A stretch of DNA of 64,000 nt from Azolla caroliniana. Its lineage: Eukaryota > Plantae > Polypodiophyta. The position numbers and the translations under genes were made by a program. This document shows positions 62,367 through 64,000 of this stretch, piece by piece. Under the pieces are notes generated by a model. The model ran no database searches, was not told where the DNA came from, and saw only the letters and a program-made list of their open reading frames with translations. The DNA lies in the NCBI GenBank assembly GCA_043228905.1, contig JBHGNT010000003.1:11470001-11534000 (forward strand). The letters are read 5' to 3'. Numbering within the stretch: position 1 is the stretch's first letter; every line of letters starts with the position of its first letter.

Positions 62367-64000
62367 TGTCGTAGTGTATTTCGTACACTACGTGAAAAAG
62401 TAAAAATAATATAACCGATTTAATTACATATAAATAAATAAAATAAGAATATCAAGATATTTATCACGTGCATAGGGCAAGATTCAAACCTTGTACCTCC
62501 ATGTAGCCAAACCTCAACTTTACCATTATGCTACCTTATCTTTAGTGTTCTACAAATAGATTTAATAACTATAAGTGCTTTATTTGCGCCTACCTTTATT
62601 AAAAGGTAAATCATGCATTTTTAGAGTGCGTGAATATTTTATAGAAAAATGCAAGCGACTAAAAAGTGACTCATGCACATCTAGCATGAATGAGCACTAT
62701 ATTTAGCAAATAAAAGCAAGGATTAGAAAAGCATCACATGCACATTTAGTGTGCATGAACATATTAGAAAAAGCATGTAGCTATGCTTAGTCTCTCCCAT
62801 CACTATATAAGGATGGGGAGCACATTGTAGTTTTTGTTGATTATTTTTCTATAATGATCAATCAATCTAAAATATTCGTGGGATTCACGAATTTGCTAAA
62901 ATAATTCTCTCTTACTACCTAAATATTGACTAAATATACTAAACTCGTGGGATTCACGAGATTTTTATCTTATAACTCTTTATACCTATTCTTTACTAGC
63001 CTTATTTGTATTTTTCTTTTCTCCTAGTCCAAAACCCCGGTGGTTCCCACCCGACTCACGCAAACGATCCGGAGCCGAAAGGCACGACACAGTTGGTGAA
63101 CCCGACGTGAAGGCGGGTGGCAAGGAGATGGAGAATCAACAAGAGGCAATGAGCATAACGATGATGATGATGTTCGAGCGGATGCTACAAGAACAACGAG
63201 TGATGTCGGAGATCACGGGGGCAGTAAAGCGGCTCGTACAACGAAACAAACAATTCAACGGAAACGATGTGTCACGCTATCTATGTGACTACAAGGCGGA
63301 GATGATACGATGTGGGATACCGGAAGGATTGCAAGTGACATCCTTCAATCGGGTGGCCACGGATGAGCTACAAGAGAGAATCCACAAGATACGGCAACAA
63401 AACTCGACATGGGGGTCATTCGAAGAAGCTTTACGAGAGGCATATGATTACAAGAGATCGAAGGGACAAGATTGGCGAGAATTCGACGAATGGGTGGCAT
63501 CGGAGAAGACCCACCGAAGTGCAACACAAGCATTCCTAGAGTTCGAGCATCGTTTTGCTCGACTCTCGGAGCGGGAACAACGGTTGGTGGGGGAGGATAA
63601 AGTCCTAATGTTCGTAAAATCGATCGATCGAAAAGAAAGGATGGACATCGGGATCGAACTCGAAGACGATGAAGGTACGAATGGTCTTACCGAAGATTGG
63701 GCCGAAGTCCAAAGGGTATGCCGGAGACATGATGAGAGGAAGATGAGAATCTTGTCAACGACATGGCCGATGAAGGATGGTCGATTGAAGACAAACGATG
63801 GAGCCGATATGAAGGCCGAAATACAACATGATGGTCCGACGGAAGAGGGTGTAAAACAAGCTACCCTCTTGTCTTGCGAAAGAACAACGACAAAGGATAA
63901 GGCCGATAACCCAAGTGTAGAAGAAGATTTCGGAATACAAGTGTCCGAAACATCGGGTGAAAAAGGGGTAAGCATAATTGATGTTTGCATAATTGATGCA
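62367..64000 (+). mobile_element. 5' end of a tRNA-Trp-primed gypsy-type element (LTR 62367-63089, PBS 63094-63110)
   Basis: TGTCG...CGACA LTR and TGGTGAACCCGACGTGA PBS. Confidence 0.9.
63128..64000 (+). CDS. gag: Gag-like ORF running off the window end
   Basis: Open frame MENQQEAM...FNGNDVSRYL.DY..EM...TWGSFEEALREAY; homologous to 17322-18029. Confidence 0.8.
   Translation, partial: MENQQEAMSITMMMMFERMLQEQRVMSEITGAVKRLVQRNKQFNGNDVSRYLCDYKAEMIRCGIPEGLQVTSFNRVATDELQERIHKIRQQNSTWGSFEEALREAYDYKRSKGQDWREFDEWVASEKTHRSATQAFLEFEHRFARLSEREQRLVGEDKVLMFVKSIDRKERMDIGIELEDDEGTNGLTEDWAEVQRVCRRHDERKMRILSTTWPMKDGRLKTNDGADMKAEIQHDGPTEEGVKQATLLSCERTTTKDKADNPSVEEDFGIQVSETSGEKGVSIIDVCIIDA

Overview
AT-rich eukaryotic nuclear DNA, almost certainly from a non-seed plant and most likely a fern. 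An old mitochondrial insertion (rpl6-rps13-rps11...atp1, with a group II intron and unedited codons) has been broken up by nested LTR retrotransposons: Ty3/gypsy chromoviruses, tRNA-Trp-primed gypsy-type elements with 4-bp CG-centred TSDs, and Ty1/copia copies. A LINE fragment is also present. No intact host gene was seen. The standout is an 8.9-kb cut-and-paste DNA transposon (53024-61892; 36-bp TIRs, TATT TSD). It encodes an intact 926-aa Sola-like DDD transposase and, divergently, a spliced cargo gene fusing a ParB/Srx-like domain to a beta-class N4/N6 DNA amino-methyltransferase. The first intron of that gene holds five evenly phased perfect 25-bp palindromes that look like parS sites. All family and domain assignments come from motif recognition by eye; no database searches were run.
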